Made by a program: the position numbers and the translations under genes
Origin: Candidatus Rokuibacteriota bacterium
GTDB lineage: Bacteria; Methylomirabilota; Methylomirabilia; Rokubacteriales; CSP1-6
Length of the DNA: 59,710 nucleotides
NCBI GenBank assembly: GCA_023249095.1
Contig: JAHFDK010000014.1
Coordinates: 1 to 59,710 of the forward strand
Direction: 5' to 3'
Shown here: positions 9,508-22,500 of the stretch, piece after piece
How the letters are laid out: the number at the start of each line of letters is the position of its first letter
Position numbering within the stretch: position 1 is the first letter of the stretch
Notes under the pieces: model-generated
What the model was told of the DNA's origin: nothing
The model's database searches: none
Seen by the model: only the letters and a program-made list of their open reading frames with translations

Positions 9508-11238
9508 CTAGTCAATCCGGGTGCCGAGCGTCGCCAGCGTCGCGTGCGCTTCGCCGTCTCTCAGATAGAGTACCGAGACGATGTCCCCGGGCCGGCGGGC
9601 GCGGACCACGCTTCGAAGATCCTCGAGCCCGTCGACGGGACTCCCGCCGAGGCGGACGATCACGTCGCCATCGCGCAGGCCCGCCTGCGCGGCCGCCGTT
9701 CCAGGGAGGACGCTCGAGAGCCGAAGACCATCGGCCCCTGGGCGGGGCAGGGCGACGATGCCGAGGAACGCGCCGCCGGGCGTGCCGCCCTGGCGCCGGC
9801 TCGGCGGCGGAACCTTCGCGTAGACCGGACGGGCATCCGTCGCCAGACGCTCGATGACGCGCACCGCGACGGCCGCGACGCGAGCCATGCCGGCCGCGTC
9901 GATCTTGTCCGCGGTATCGGTCGGTCGGTGGTAGTCCTCGTGGCCCCCGGTGTGGAAGAACAGGACCGGGACGCCGGCGTCGTAGAACCGGGTGTGATCG
10001 GAGGGCCCGTGTGGCGAGCCCTGGAGGTCGGCCGCGACCCCTTCCTTCTGCGCCGCCTCGCTCACGAGCGCTCGTAGCCCGCTGCCGCTGTCGCCGCCGC
10101 CCACGTTGAGGCGGCGGCTCTGGAGCCGGCCGACCATGTCGAAGTTCATCATCGCGACGGTCCGCGTGAGCGGCACCACCGGCCGGTCCACGTAGTGACG
10201 CGAGCCGATCAGGCCAAGCTCTTCGGCGCCGAACAGCGCGACGACGAGCGTGCGGCGCATCCCGCCAGCCGCCGCGAACGCGCGCGCCAGGCCGAGGGCC
10301 ACGGCAGTGCCGGAGGCGTTGTCATCCGCGCCAGGGTGGACGACGCCATCGACGCGGCCGAGATGATCGTAGTGCGCGCCGATGACGACGGCTTCGTCGG
10401 CGAGCACCGGGTCGGCGCCGGGCAGGATGCCCACAACGTTCATGCCGCGGACTTCGGCGGACACGATGTCGACCCGAATCCGCGCGCGCGCGCCCGTCGC
10501 GAATGGCCCGGGCGCGTGCGCCGCGGCGAGGGCATTCGCCGCCTCGGTCGTCGTACGGCCCGCGGCGGCCAGCATGGCGTCGGCCGCTTCGCGCGTGAGC
10601 GCCCCCGACACGAGACCGACTCGGACCGCCGTCGTGTCCGGTGACGGCAGCTCGGTGCCCGCGAGCAGCAGCGCGACGGCCCCGCGGCGCTTCGCCGCGA
10701 TCAGCTTGTCGAGGCGGCTCACGCGCGCTCCAGCCAGGTGGAGCGGCGCCCCGTCCAGCGCGAGCGCGACCTTGCCGCGGACGTCCACCCCCGCATAGTC
10801 GTCGTAGCTACTGTCGGGGAGGTCGGCGCCGTAGCCCACGAAGACGACGTCAGCGGTGACCTCGCCGCCGAGCGAGCCGCCGTGCGGCATCCAGTCGCGT
10901 CCGCGCTCGAGCCGCCGCGGGGCCGGACCGGACAGCTCCAGTGCGCTCGCCGGGCCGACGCGCGACGAGGTCTCGAGCACGAACGTCTGGAGGAACGATC
11001 CCTGGTCGCCGCCCGGACGGAGCCCGGCGGCGGCCAGCGCGTCGGCGATCTGCCGCGCGGCGCGATCGCCGCCGGCGGTGCCCGATCGCCGGCCCTCCAT
11101 CTCGGGCGCGGTCAGCGCGCTCACGGCCTCGGCCAGCTGCTCCGCGGACGGCGGGACGACAGCAGCCCGCGCGAATACACCGGTCTCCCCGAGCAGCAGG
11201 GACACCGCCAAGAAGAGAAGCACGCGACGGCGAGTCAC
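9508..11238 (-). CDS. Secreted M28-family metallopeptidase with PA and C-terminal PDZ domains
   Basis: Signal peptide; GAHYDHLG, GADDNASG, AEELGLIGS, NFDMVGR, SDH, YHRPTD; PA (FVGYG..DDYAGVDVRGK); PDZ (AAQAGLRDGDVI). Confidence 0.9.
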   Translation of the reverse strand: MTRRRVLLFLAVSLLLGETGVFARAAVVPPSAEQLAEAVSALTAPEMEGRRSGTAGGDRAARQIADALAAAGLRPGGDQGSFLQTFVLETSSRVGPASALELSGPAPRRLERGRDWMPHGGSLGGEVTADVVFVGYGADLPDSSYDDYAGVDVRGKVALALDGAPLHLAGARVSRLDKLIAAKRRGAVALLLAGTELPSPDTTAVRVGLVSGALTREAADAMLAAAGRTTTEAANALAAAHAPGPFATGARARIRVDIVSAEVRGMNVVGILPGADPVLADEAVVIGAHYDHLGRVDGVVHPGADDNASGTAVALGLARAFAAAGGMRRTLVVALFGAEELGLIGSRHYVDRPVVPLTRTVAMMNFDMVGRLQSRRLNVGGGDSGSGLRALVSEAAQKEGVAADLQGSPHGPSDHTRFYDAGVPVLFFHTGGHEDYHRPTDTADKIDAAGMARVAAVAVRVIERLATDARPVYAKVPPPSRRQGGTPGGAFLGIVALPRPGADGLRLSSVLPGTAAAQAGLRDGDVIVRLGGSPVDGLEDLRSVVRARRPGDIVSVLYLRDGEAHATLATLGTRID

Positions 11239-11328
11239 ACACGCATTTTACTCCAGCTGTAGCGGGGTTTATGCTCGCCGGGCAAGGAGGAAGTTATGCG
11301 ATCGAGGAGATGACCGAGCTGAAGATGG

Positions 11329-11838
11329 TCATCTTCCACCTCGCCACTTGACGGAGGCCACCCGGCCACCGGTCATCTGCACGAGATCGGCGGGCGTCAG
11401 CTTGAAGACCGTATTCGGGTGACCGGCCGCCGCCCAGATCTCCGGCCACTGCATCAGATCTTCGTCGATCAGGATCGTCAGCGGCTCGGCGTGCGCGACG
11501 GGAGCGACGCCGCCGATCGCGAAGCCCGTCCGGGCCCGCACGAAGTCGGCGTCGGCCCGCGCCACGGGTTCGGCGACCAGCCCGGCCACCCTGCGCTCGT
11601 CGACCCGGTTCGCGCCGCTCGTGATGACCAGGACCGCACCCTGGGTGTTCTCGCCGCGGAAGACCAGCGACTTCGCGATCTGGTCGACGCGGCAGCCGAC
11701 CGCGCGCGCGGCTTCGGCCGAGGTCCGCGCGGGCTGCTCGAGGGCGACCACGGTGTGGCCGCCGCCAGCGGCGGCGAGGACGTCCTGAACCCGCCGGACG
11801 CTGGGGCCTAGCGCCGGGTCCGTCCCTTCATGCGCCAT
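11329..11838 (-). CDS. YbaK/EbsC aminoacyl-tRNA deacylase family
   Basis: QIAKSLVF, SGANRVD, TGFAIGGVAP, WAAAGHP; start ATG 11838 overlaps the upstream stop. Confidence 0.88.
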   Translation of the reverse strand: MAHEGTDPALGPSVRRVQDVLAAAGGGHTVVALEQPARTSAEAARAVGCRVDQIAKSLVFRGENTQGAVLVITSGANRVDERRVAGLVAEPVARADADFVRARTGFAIGGVAPVAHAEPLTILIDEDLMQWPEIWAAAGHPNTVFKLTPADLVQMTGGRVASVKWRGGR

Positions 11839-12572
11839 CAGAGACCGCGCACGGCTCGCGAAACGTCGCCGGGCTCTGGCCTCACCTGAATGTTGTCGGC
11901 CAGCGAGAGCCAGCGGACGATCCCCTGCCGGTCGATGACGACCGTCGTCGGTCTCGGGACATCCTGCCCTTTGTTCCCGCCGCGGGCGTGGACGAGACCG
12001 TAGCGCCGCGTCACCGTCAGGTCGCGGTCCGTGAGGAAGCGGTAGCGCGCCCGAAGCCGCTCGGCGAGCGCCTGGCTCCGCTCGTTCGAGTCGGGACTGA
12101 TGGCCAGAAGTTGCACCCCGGCGTCGCCAAGCTCCGTGAGGACAGCTCCAAGCCCGTGGAGCTCCGAGACGCAGAAGGGTCACCAGTAGCCGCGGTAGAA
12201 GACCAGGACGACCGGCGTCCGGTCGCGAAAGGACGCGAGGGTGACCGGGGCTCCCGCCGCGTCCGGCAGCGTGAAGTCGGGCGCCGGTTCGCCGACGCGA
12301 AGGGCAGGCGCCGTCGTCGGGATCCTCGCGAGCGAGAAGTTGAAGTAGCCGCCGAGCACGAGCAAGGCCGCCGAGAACACGAGGGCCGCGAGGTTTGCCC
12401 AGCGCGCGGCCCGCCACGACGCCAGAGCCGCGATCGCCGTCGCCAGGGCGAAGGCCCCGACGTAGAGCGCCGGATGGTTGCGGATGACGGGCACCCGCAG
12501 CAGGGAGACGTAGCCGGCGACGGCGCCGAGCGAGAGGGCTACGCTCAGAAGCGCCGGCCAGTACCTGGTCAT
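11838..12572 (-). CDS. Membrane-anchored AhpC/TSA (peroxiredoxin-like) selenoprotein, Sec at codon 131 (UPFC)
   Basis: ORFs 12180-12764 and 11838-12116 share a frame across TGA 12180-12182: APDFTLPD...VLVFYRGYW-U-PFCVSEL...LLAISPD; SECIS-like hairpin 12144-12163; about 3 N-terminal TM helices. Confidence 0.85.
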
Positions 12573-13267
12573 CGCGCGAGGGCGACCCGGTCGAACGTCT
12601 CCGCGTACGCGTAGCCCTTCGACTTTCCGAGCTCGGCCGAGCGCTCGCGCACGCGCTTTTCGACGGCCGGGAAGTCGGCGAACTGACTCGCGTGGCAGGC
12701 CAGAGCCTTGAGCTTCAGATCCATGACGTCGGAGATATCGACCACGAGCTGCGGGTTCTCCCACTGCATGAGATGGATTTCGAGCACCTTGTGGGGCTCG
12801 TAGTCGGGCATGAGCTCCGGAAACGCCAGGTGGTCGCGGGCGAGCGGGTACACGCAGTCGAGGGCAACCCCCGCGGTGATCCGGTGGTCGCGGTGGGAGC
12901 CGCCGAGGTTGTAGCTACGGTGCGGGTTCATGGCGATGACGAGGTCCGGGCGCCACCGGCGGATCTGTCGGGTGACATCACGCCGGAGCTCGCGCGTGTC
13001 CTCGACCTCGCAGTCGGGATAGCCGAGGAACTCGACTCGCGCGACGCCGAGCGTGCGGGCGGCGTTTCGCTGCTCCGCCTCGCGGATCAGGGCCAGACGC
13101 TCCGATGTCATCGTGCGATCGCCCGAGCCCTTGTTGCCGTTGGTCACGATCACGTACGTGACCTCGCAGCCCTCCTTGATCAGCTTGGCGATGGTCCCGC
13201 CGGCCCCGAACTCGGAATCGTCAGGGTGCGCCGTCACCACCATGACGCGCTCGATCTTCTCGGTCAA
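12569..13267 (-). CDS. PIG-L/LmbE family deacetylase (BshB/MshB-like)
   Basis: AHPDDSE and HRDH motifs, KLKALACHASQF. Confidence 0.9.
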   Translation of the reverse strand: MTEKIERVMVVTAHPDDSEFGAGGTIAKLIKEGCEVTYVIVTNGNKGSGDRTMTSERLALIREAEQRNAARTLGVARVEFLGYPDCEVEDTRELRRDVTRQIRRWRPDLVIAMNPHRSYNLGGSHRDHRITAGVALDCVYPLARDHLAFPELMPDYEPHKVLEIHLMQWENPQLVVDISDVMDLKLKALACHASQFADFPAVEKRVRERSAELGKSKGYAYAETFDRVALAR

Positions 13268-13356
13268 AAGACTCTCCTTTGTAACGGGGGCCGTGAGGCC
13301 GGATCGGGTCGAGGGTGGCCTGAGAAAGATGCGGCGTGGCTCCGCGGCGCCCGCGC

Positions 13357-13390
13357 AACCCTTCGCTCAACCCTCAAACCCTTCGCTCAA
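13357..13390. promoter_or_regulatory. 14-bp direct repeat pair in a divergent intergenic region (candidate operator)
   Basis: AACCCTTCGCTCAA at 13357-13370 and 13377-13390 (20-bp period). Confidence 0.45.
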
Positions 13391-13455
13391 TCGTTAGAGG
13401 TCCTTTCCCAGCATACCGATTCCGGGCGTGGTGGGCGAACGGCTATAATTGCCTG

Positions 13456-15147
13456 ATGTCGATCGGCGCCCCGCGCCGGGTGGGGATCGCGGGCTTGCTC
13501 GGGCTCCTCGCCGGCGCGATCGTCCTGATGCCGGCACCCGGGAATCCAGGGGCTCTCAGGCTCGCCGGAGTAGGCCTGCTCTGGTGGTATGCGGCTCTCG
13601 CCGCGCCACTCGCCGCAGTCCTTCTGGTGATCGTCGTTCGGCGTGCGTCTCCCGAGACTGGAACCGGTGCAGGTGGCTCGGCCGCCCTCGCGGCGTGGAC
13701 GTCGCCGGTGGTTCTCGCCCTCGTTGCCGCGCGCGTTTTCTCGGGCGCGCCGGAGGCGCCGACGATCGCGCTCGCCATCCTCGTGGCACCGCTGATCGCG
13801 CTGCTCTGTCCGGCCACGGACGCAGCGCAGCGACCGAACCGTGTCGCGGCGCTGGGGATCAGCGCCGGCGTCGGATTGGTCCTTTGGGCGAATCTCCTCC
13901 TGCTCGCGGACGTCGCCGAGTTGCTGGGTCTCCCTCGCTGGGCGACGAGCATCGTTGCGGCATCCGTGGCCCTTCTGGCCGTCGCACTGCTGCGTGGCGA
14001 CCCGGCCGTCGAAGCTGGTCCACGCCTCTTTCAGGCCGGCCTCCGGAGCCCCGGCCTCTGGCTCCTGTACGTGAGCGGCCTGGGGTTCGTGGCGTTGGTC
14101 ACGGTCGTCGCCGTCGCCCTCGCCGCCTCTCCATGGGGCGCCTGGAAGGACGTCGCGTCGCGGCCCGCGCTCACGTTCGGAGCGCGCAATCCGTGGGTGA
14201 CCGAGGGCCGGAGGCTCGCCGCGCCGACGACGCTCGAGTTCACGGAGGCTCATCGCGTTACGGCGCTGAGCCCCGCCACGTACCGCGTCCTCGAGCCTGG
14301 CCGGTTCCGCGAGTGGCGGCTTCGCGCCGGCGAATCGCTGTCGCTCCGGGCGGGCGATCATCTGGTGATCGCCGCCGGTGCACGTTTGATGTTCGAGGCC
14401 GGAAAGCGGGTCCCCGGAGCGGCCGCCTCGGGCGCCACGTGGGCCGACCCGCCAGAGCGGAGCGGACTTTCGACGGTCGTGCATGCGCTGGGCGCCGCGC
14501 TCACGCTGGTCGGTGGCGCAGTCGCCCTCGTCGTACCCGAGCGGGCGCTGACAATCCGGGGTGTCTCCACGGGGTCAGGGCTCGTGCTGGCGTTCGTGCT
14601 CGGGGCCCTCTGCCTCGGCGTTTACGGGGCCTACTCGGCGCCCGGGCTCTCCATCGGCGCGCCCGCGCTCGCGGCCGTCTTCGGCGTCCCGGATGCTGTC
14701 GTCCCCGGACGGGCGGGCAGCGCCTTGGTGGTGCTGAGCGCCGTCGTGCTGCTCCTTCTCCTCTCGGCAACGGTGCTGGCGCTGCGTGGCGTCCTCGGCC
14801 GAGCGTGGGGTGAAGCAAGCACCGGGGACCCCACCGTAGCATTCCTTGTCGTCGCCGCATCCATCGGCAGCCTGTGGCCGGGCGACGCATCGCGAGCCCT
14901 CCTGGCTGGACTCGGGCTGACCGCGTCGGCCGCCGTCGCGCCCCGTGTGGCGGGCGACAGCCCGCAGGCCCGGCTGGCGGGTTCGCTGGTCGGCGTGATC
15001 GCGTTCGCCGGTCTCTCCGTGCTCGGCCCGCGCCTGCCGGCGTGGGCCGACGTTGCGTGGACATACCCCGCGCTGGCCGCGGCGCCCCTCGCATGGGTGG
15101 TAGTGCGAGCGGAGACCGTGCGACGGGCGAGGCGAGCGCTTCAGTGA
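13456..15147 (+). CDS. Polytopic membrane protein, possibly a divergent sodium:solute-symporter-like protein
   Basis: Many hydrophobic helices around a central soluble loop; TATAAT 6 nt before ATG 13456; family assignment weak. Confidence 0.55.
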   Translation: MSIGAPRRVGIAGLLGLLAGAIVLMPAPGNPGALRLAGVGLLWWYAALAAPLAAVLLVIVVRRASPETGTGAGGSAALAAWTSPVVLALVAARVFSGAPEAPTIALAILVAPLIALLCPATDAAQRPNRVAALGISAGVGLVLWANLLLLADVAELLGLPRWATSIVAASVALLAVALLRGDPAVEAGPRLFQAGLRSPGLWLLYVSGLGFVALVTVVAVALAASPWGAWKDVASRPALTFGARNPWVTEGRRLAAPTTLEFTEAHRVTALSPATYRVLEPGRFREWRLRAGESLSLRAGDHLVIAAGARLMFEAGKRVPGAAASGATWADPPERSGLSTVVHALGAALTLVGGAVALVVPERALTIRGVSTGSGLVLAFVLGALCLGVYGAYSAPGLSIGAPALAAVFGVPDAVVPGRAGSALVVLSAVVLLLLLSATVLALRGVLGRAWGEASTGDPTVAFLVVAASIGSLWPGDASRALLAGLGLTASAAVAPRVAGDSPQARLAGSLVGVIAFAGLSVLGPRLPAWADVAWTYPALAAAPLAWVVVRAETVRRARRALQ

Positions 15148-15204
15148 CCGGGGCCGTGCGAGCGGAGACCGTGCGACGGGCGAGGCGAGCGCTTCAATGA
15201 CCGG
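15100..15204 (+). repeat. Tandem duplication (53-bp period) of a GTAG-initiated REP-like element
   Basis: GTGCGAGCGGAGACCGTGCGACGGGCGAGGCGAGCGCTTCARTGACCGG at 15103 and 15156, one mismatch in 49 bp. Confidence 0.85.
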
Positions 15205-15261
15205 CGGCCAGCGAGCACGGAATGTTGCCGCGGCCTCGCGACGCTGACACAATAGGTCGCC

Positions 15262-18078
<2,817 letters not shown>

Positions 18079-18081
18079 CGC

Positions 18082-19515
18082 ATGCGCCGGACCAAGATCG
18101 TCTGCACGATCGGTCCCGCGAGCCGCAGCATCGCCGAGCTCGATCGCTTGGTTGGAGCTGGCCTGGACGTCGCCCGCCTCAACTTCTCGCATGGCACGCA
18201 CGACGAGCATGCGGAGGTTCTCCGGCGGCTCCGTGAGGGCGAGGCGCGATGGGGCCGCCCGGTCGCCATCCTTCAGGATTTGCAGGGGCCGAAGATCAGA
18301 CTGGGAACGTTCGGCCCGGGTGGGGGCGGCCGCGTCGACCTCGAGGCGGGCCGGACGTTCACCCTCTACGCCCGTCCGGTCGAGGGCACCGCGGAGCGGG
18401 CGTCGCTCACCCATCCGGAGTATTTGAAAGACCTGCGGCCCGACGACGAGATCTGGATGGACGACGGGATGATCCAGCTCCGCGTCGAAGCGGTGTCGCC
18501 GGGCGACGTGCGGTGCCGCGTGGTCGTCGGCGGCCGCATCAGCGATCACAAAGGGCTCTCGCTGCCGCGGGTCACGCTGCCGGTGTCCTGCCTGACGTCG
18601 AAGGACCGCGACGACCTGCGCTTCGGTCTCCGCCAGGGGGTGGACTTCATCGCGGTCTCGTTCGTCCGGTCGGCCGACGACATCGAAGAGGTGCGGAGCT
18701 TTCTGCGGGCCGAGGCCGCCGGGGACCTGCCGATCGTCGCGAAGCTCGAGCGTCACGAGATCCTCGGCAATCTCCCGGGCATCTTGAACAAGGTGGACGC
18801 GGTCATGGTCGCGCGCGGCGACCTCGGCGTCGACGTGCCGATCGAGGACGTGCCCCATATCCAGAAGGAGATCATTCGCCAGGCGCGCGACGCGAAGGTC
18901 CCGGTGATCGTCGCGACCCAGATGCTGGAGTCGATGGTCACGCATTTGCGGCCCACGCGCGCCGAGGTCTCGGACGTTTCGACGGCGATCTTCGACGGCG
19001 CCGACGCGATCATGCTGTCCGCCGAGACCGCCACCGGGCGGTATCCCGGCGAGGCGGTCTCCGTCATGGCGCGGATCGCCGAGCGCGCCGACGGCGCGAT
19101 GCTGGCCGTCGAACGGGAGCGGCGGCGGCGCCCGGGCGGGAGCTTCCAGGAGGCCATCTCCGACGCGGCGGCGACGGCGGCGCATGTGCTCGGCGCGCGC
19201 GCCATCGTGGCGTTCACCGAGTCGGGCTTCTCGGCCCGCCTCATCTCTCAGGCCCGGCCGGGCGTGCCGATCATTGCGCTGACGCCGTTCGTCGAGGTCC
19301 AGCGGCGGCTGGCGCTTTCGTGGGGTGTCTCCTCCCGTCTGATCCGAAAGGTCGAGACGACCGACGAGATGATCGAGGAGGTCGAAGCGACGCTGCTGAG
19401 CAACGGCTCGGTGCGCCCCAACGACGTGATCGTCATCATCTCCGGATCGCCCATGTGGGTCCGGGGAACGACGAATCTATTGAAGCTCCACCGGGTGGGC
19501 GAGCGCCGCGCGTGA
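18082..19515 (+). CDS. pyk: Pyruvate kinase
   Basis: RRTKIVCTIGPAS, ARLNFSHG, DLQGPKIR, MVARGDLG, ATQMLESM, MLSAETA. Confidence 0.97.
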   Translation: MRRTKIVCTIGPASRSIAELDRLVGAGLDVARLNFSHGTHDEHAEVLRRLREGEARWGRPVAILQDLQGPKIRLGTFGPGGGGRVDLEAGRTFTLYARPVEGTAERASLTHPEYLKDLRPDDEIWMDDGMIQLRVEAVSPGDVRCRVVVGGRISDHKGLSLPRVTLPVSCLTSKDRDDLRFGLRQGVDFIAVSFVRSADDIEEVRSFLRAEAAGDLPIVAKLERHEILGNLPGILNKVDAVMVARGDLGVDVPIEDVPHIQKEIIRQARDAKVPVIVATQMLESMVTHLRPTRAEVSDVSTAIFDGADAIMLSAETATGRYPGEAVSVMARIAERADGAMLAVERERRRRPGGSFQEAISDAAATAAHVLGARAIVAFTESGFSARLISQARPGVPIIALTPFVEVQRRLALSWGVSSRLIRKVETTDEMIEEVEATLLSNGSVRPNDVIVIISGSPMWVRGTTNLLKLHRVGERRA

Positions 19516-22500
19516 GGGTCGCGCTCGGGCGCCCGGCCGTCCGCCGCGTGGTCCCGGTGCTGATCGGCCTCGTCCTGCTCTGGTTCGTCGCGGGCATCTT
19601 CCTGGCGCGCACGCTCGCCGCGCGACACGACACCGCCGCCACCGCCACGCTCGCGTCCGTTCGAACGATCGTCGCGGCGGCGCTCGAGGAGGTGCGCCGC
19701 GAAGCGTCGCTCCTGGCCCAGGATCCGGCCATCGTCGAGGGTGCGAGCCGGAGTGACTGGGCCACCCTCGTGCGCGGCGCGTGGCCCCGGATTCTGGCGC
19801 TGACGCAGGAGCGCCGCGCCGACCTGCTGCTGATCGTGGACGCGAGCGGCGCTCCGCTCGTCCAGGTGCCGGCCGCACGGCACGTCGCCGCGGCGGCGGT
19901 CGCTCGACCTCCCGAGGCCGTCGCGCGGCTTGCCGTCATCGACGAGCGGCCCTACGTGCTCGGGATCGCGCCGATGCCCGCCGGTCTGGTGATCGTCGGG
20001 CGGCGCTTCGAGTCGCTCGCCGGAGCGGTCGCGCGCCTGCCATCGCGCCCTGCGGTCGTGGTGGTGGCGGGCGATCGAGCCCTCGGCTCCACATTGCCCG
20101 GCGCGCCCCCGCTCGGCTGGGACACCGCGGTGCGGGCCGGGCAGATCACGATCAGCGGGGAGCTCTGGTTCGCACGTCAGCTCGGCGAGGCCGACGGCGG
20201 TCTCTGGGCGCTCGTCTCGGCGCGGGAGCAGCGCCGGGAGAGCAGCCAGCTCTGGTTCTGGTGGGCGGTCTCGCTGTCGGCGGCCGGCGCCACCGCCGTT
20301 GGGATCGCAGCGGTTTCTGGATCGGAGCGTGGGGACGGAGCAACGGAGGGTGGCCCGAGACCGACACGACCGCGAGAGGCGCCCGCGGCCGGACGCGAGA
20401 CGTCCGAGGCCGGACGCGAAGCGTCCGACAACCGCCGGAGTCGGGAGCTCGAAGCGCTGCACGCGGTCGTGGTGGCGACCGGCAGCGGCGACGATCTGGC
20501 CCTCACCGCCGAGCGGACGCTCGAGGTCGTGTGCGGCGTCGCGGGGATCCCCTTCGGAGGTGTGTTCCGGTTCGACCGGGCAACCCAGACGCTCGTCCTC
20601 ACCGCCCACCGTGGTCTCCTGCCCGACGACGTCGAGCGCTTGCGTGTCCGCTCGCTCGACCAGAGCCACGTCGGCGAAGTGATCCGCAGCGGCCGGCCGG
20701 TCGTGACCGATCTCACGGCCTCCCGCGTGCTGGCGCCCGACGTCGTCGAGCGCGTGCAGGCCGGCGGCTACCGAACTCAGCTCGGGCTGCCGATTCCGGT
20801 GAACGGCGAGACATGGGGCGTCATGGCTCTCATCACGCGAGAGGCCAGGACCTTCGATGCTGATGAGCTGACGCTGCTTCAGGCGGTCGCGCACCAGGTG
20901 GGACAGGCGGTGGCGCGCACCGCGCTCCTGGCCGAGGGCCGGGAGCAGAGTCGTCGCCTCGAGACACTCGCGCGTCTGGCGCAGACGCTGACCGCCACGC
21001 TGTCGCTCGACGAGGTGTTCCGCCGCGTGGTCGATGCGGCGGTCGAGCTGTTCGGGTCGAGCACTGCGCAGCTCTGGCTCGTGGACGACGACGACCGCCA
21101 CGTCTCGCTGCGGGCGGCCGCGGGGATCCCGTCGTCGGAAGGCGTCGAGCGCCTGCGCGTTGGAGAAGGGCTCGTCGGGCTGGTCGTGGCGACCCGCGAG
21201 CCGCTGACGGCGGTCGACGCGCTTCGGGACCCGCGGGCGCGCGACGTCGAGCGGGTCCGCGCCGAAGGCGTGGTCAGCGTCGGAATCGTGCCACTTCAGC
21301 TGGGCGAACGGGTGCTGGGCGTTCTGGCCATCGGCGTACGGGCCCGGCACGAATACACCGCCGAGGAGCTGCGGCTCCTCGGCTTCCTCGCCTCGCACGC
21401 GGCGAACGCGATCAACAACGCCCAGCTCTATCGCGAATCGACCCGGCAAGCGCAGCGCATGAGCGCGCTGACCGACCTGGTGCGTCTGGTGTCCGAGACC
21501 CTCGACTTCGACCCCGCCGCGCAACGCGTCGCCGACAGCGTGTGCTCGTTGCTCGGGGCCCGGGCCTCGTGCCTCTACCGGATCGACTCGGCCTCCGACG
21601 CTCTCGTCGCGTTCGCGACCTCGAGGGACGCCGACCAGCTCTTCCAGTGGCAGCCGGTGCTGCCGAGCGGCACCGGGATCGCCGGGCTCGCCGTAAGCCA
21701 GCGCTGTTCGGTCGCTTCGGCCGACGTGCTGGCCGATTCTCGCATCACGTACACCGATGATATTCGTGCCCGTGTCGCGCAGGAGACGTACCGCTCCCTG
21801 CTCGCCGTTCCGCTGCTTGTGCAGGGACGAATGTTTGGCGCGCTCGCCGTCAGTGATCGCGTCGGACGCGTCTTCGATGAGTCTGAGATCCGCCTCGCGC
21901 AAGCGTTCGCCGATCAGGCCGCGCTGGCGCTGGAGAACGCGCGGCTCTACACGGAGGCGACGCGCCGACGGCTCGAAGCGGAAGAGCTGGCCCGGCTTGC
22001 GCGGAAGCTGACCGAGAGCCTCGATCCGCGAGCGGTCGGCGATCAGATCGCCGAGAGCGTGCTCGCGCTCTTCCAGGTGCGGTCGTCCGTGCTGCGATTG
22101 CTGCAGCCCGACGGGTCGCTGGTGACCCTGGCGCGCGGGGGCCGCCGCCGTGAGTCTTCGCCGCTCGGGGCCGTGCTGCCCGCGGGCGTCGGAGCGTCCG
22201 GGCTGGCGGCGGTCGAGGGTCGACCCGTGGCGTCGGCCGACGTCTTCAACGACCCGGAGATCGTCCTGAGCGAAGAGGTCGCGGAGGCGATGCGGCGCGC
22301 CGGCGACGGTGCGCTGCTGGCGGTGCCGCTCCGGGCGAAGGGCCGGATCATCGGCACGCTGTCGCTGGGGGATGCGTCCGGCCGGGTTTTTTCCGAGGCG
22401 GAGGTCGGGCTGCTCCAGGCCTTCGGCGACCAGGCGGCGCTCGCGCTCGAGAACGCCCGCCTCTTCTCGCTCGAGACGGCCCGTCGGGGGCAGATCGCGG

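Noticed and set aside
15103-15204. Possible mini-CRISPR array
   Set aside because: Only two 49-bp units with a 4-nt gap; no unique spacers and no cas genes
15205-15261. SOS/LexA box upstream of uvrA
   Set aside because: No recognisable LexA palindrome; the lineage's motif is unknown to me
18249-19511. N-terminal extension of the 2127-aa ORF
   Set aside because: Overlaps pyk out of frame; the kinase more plausibly starts at GTG 19512
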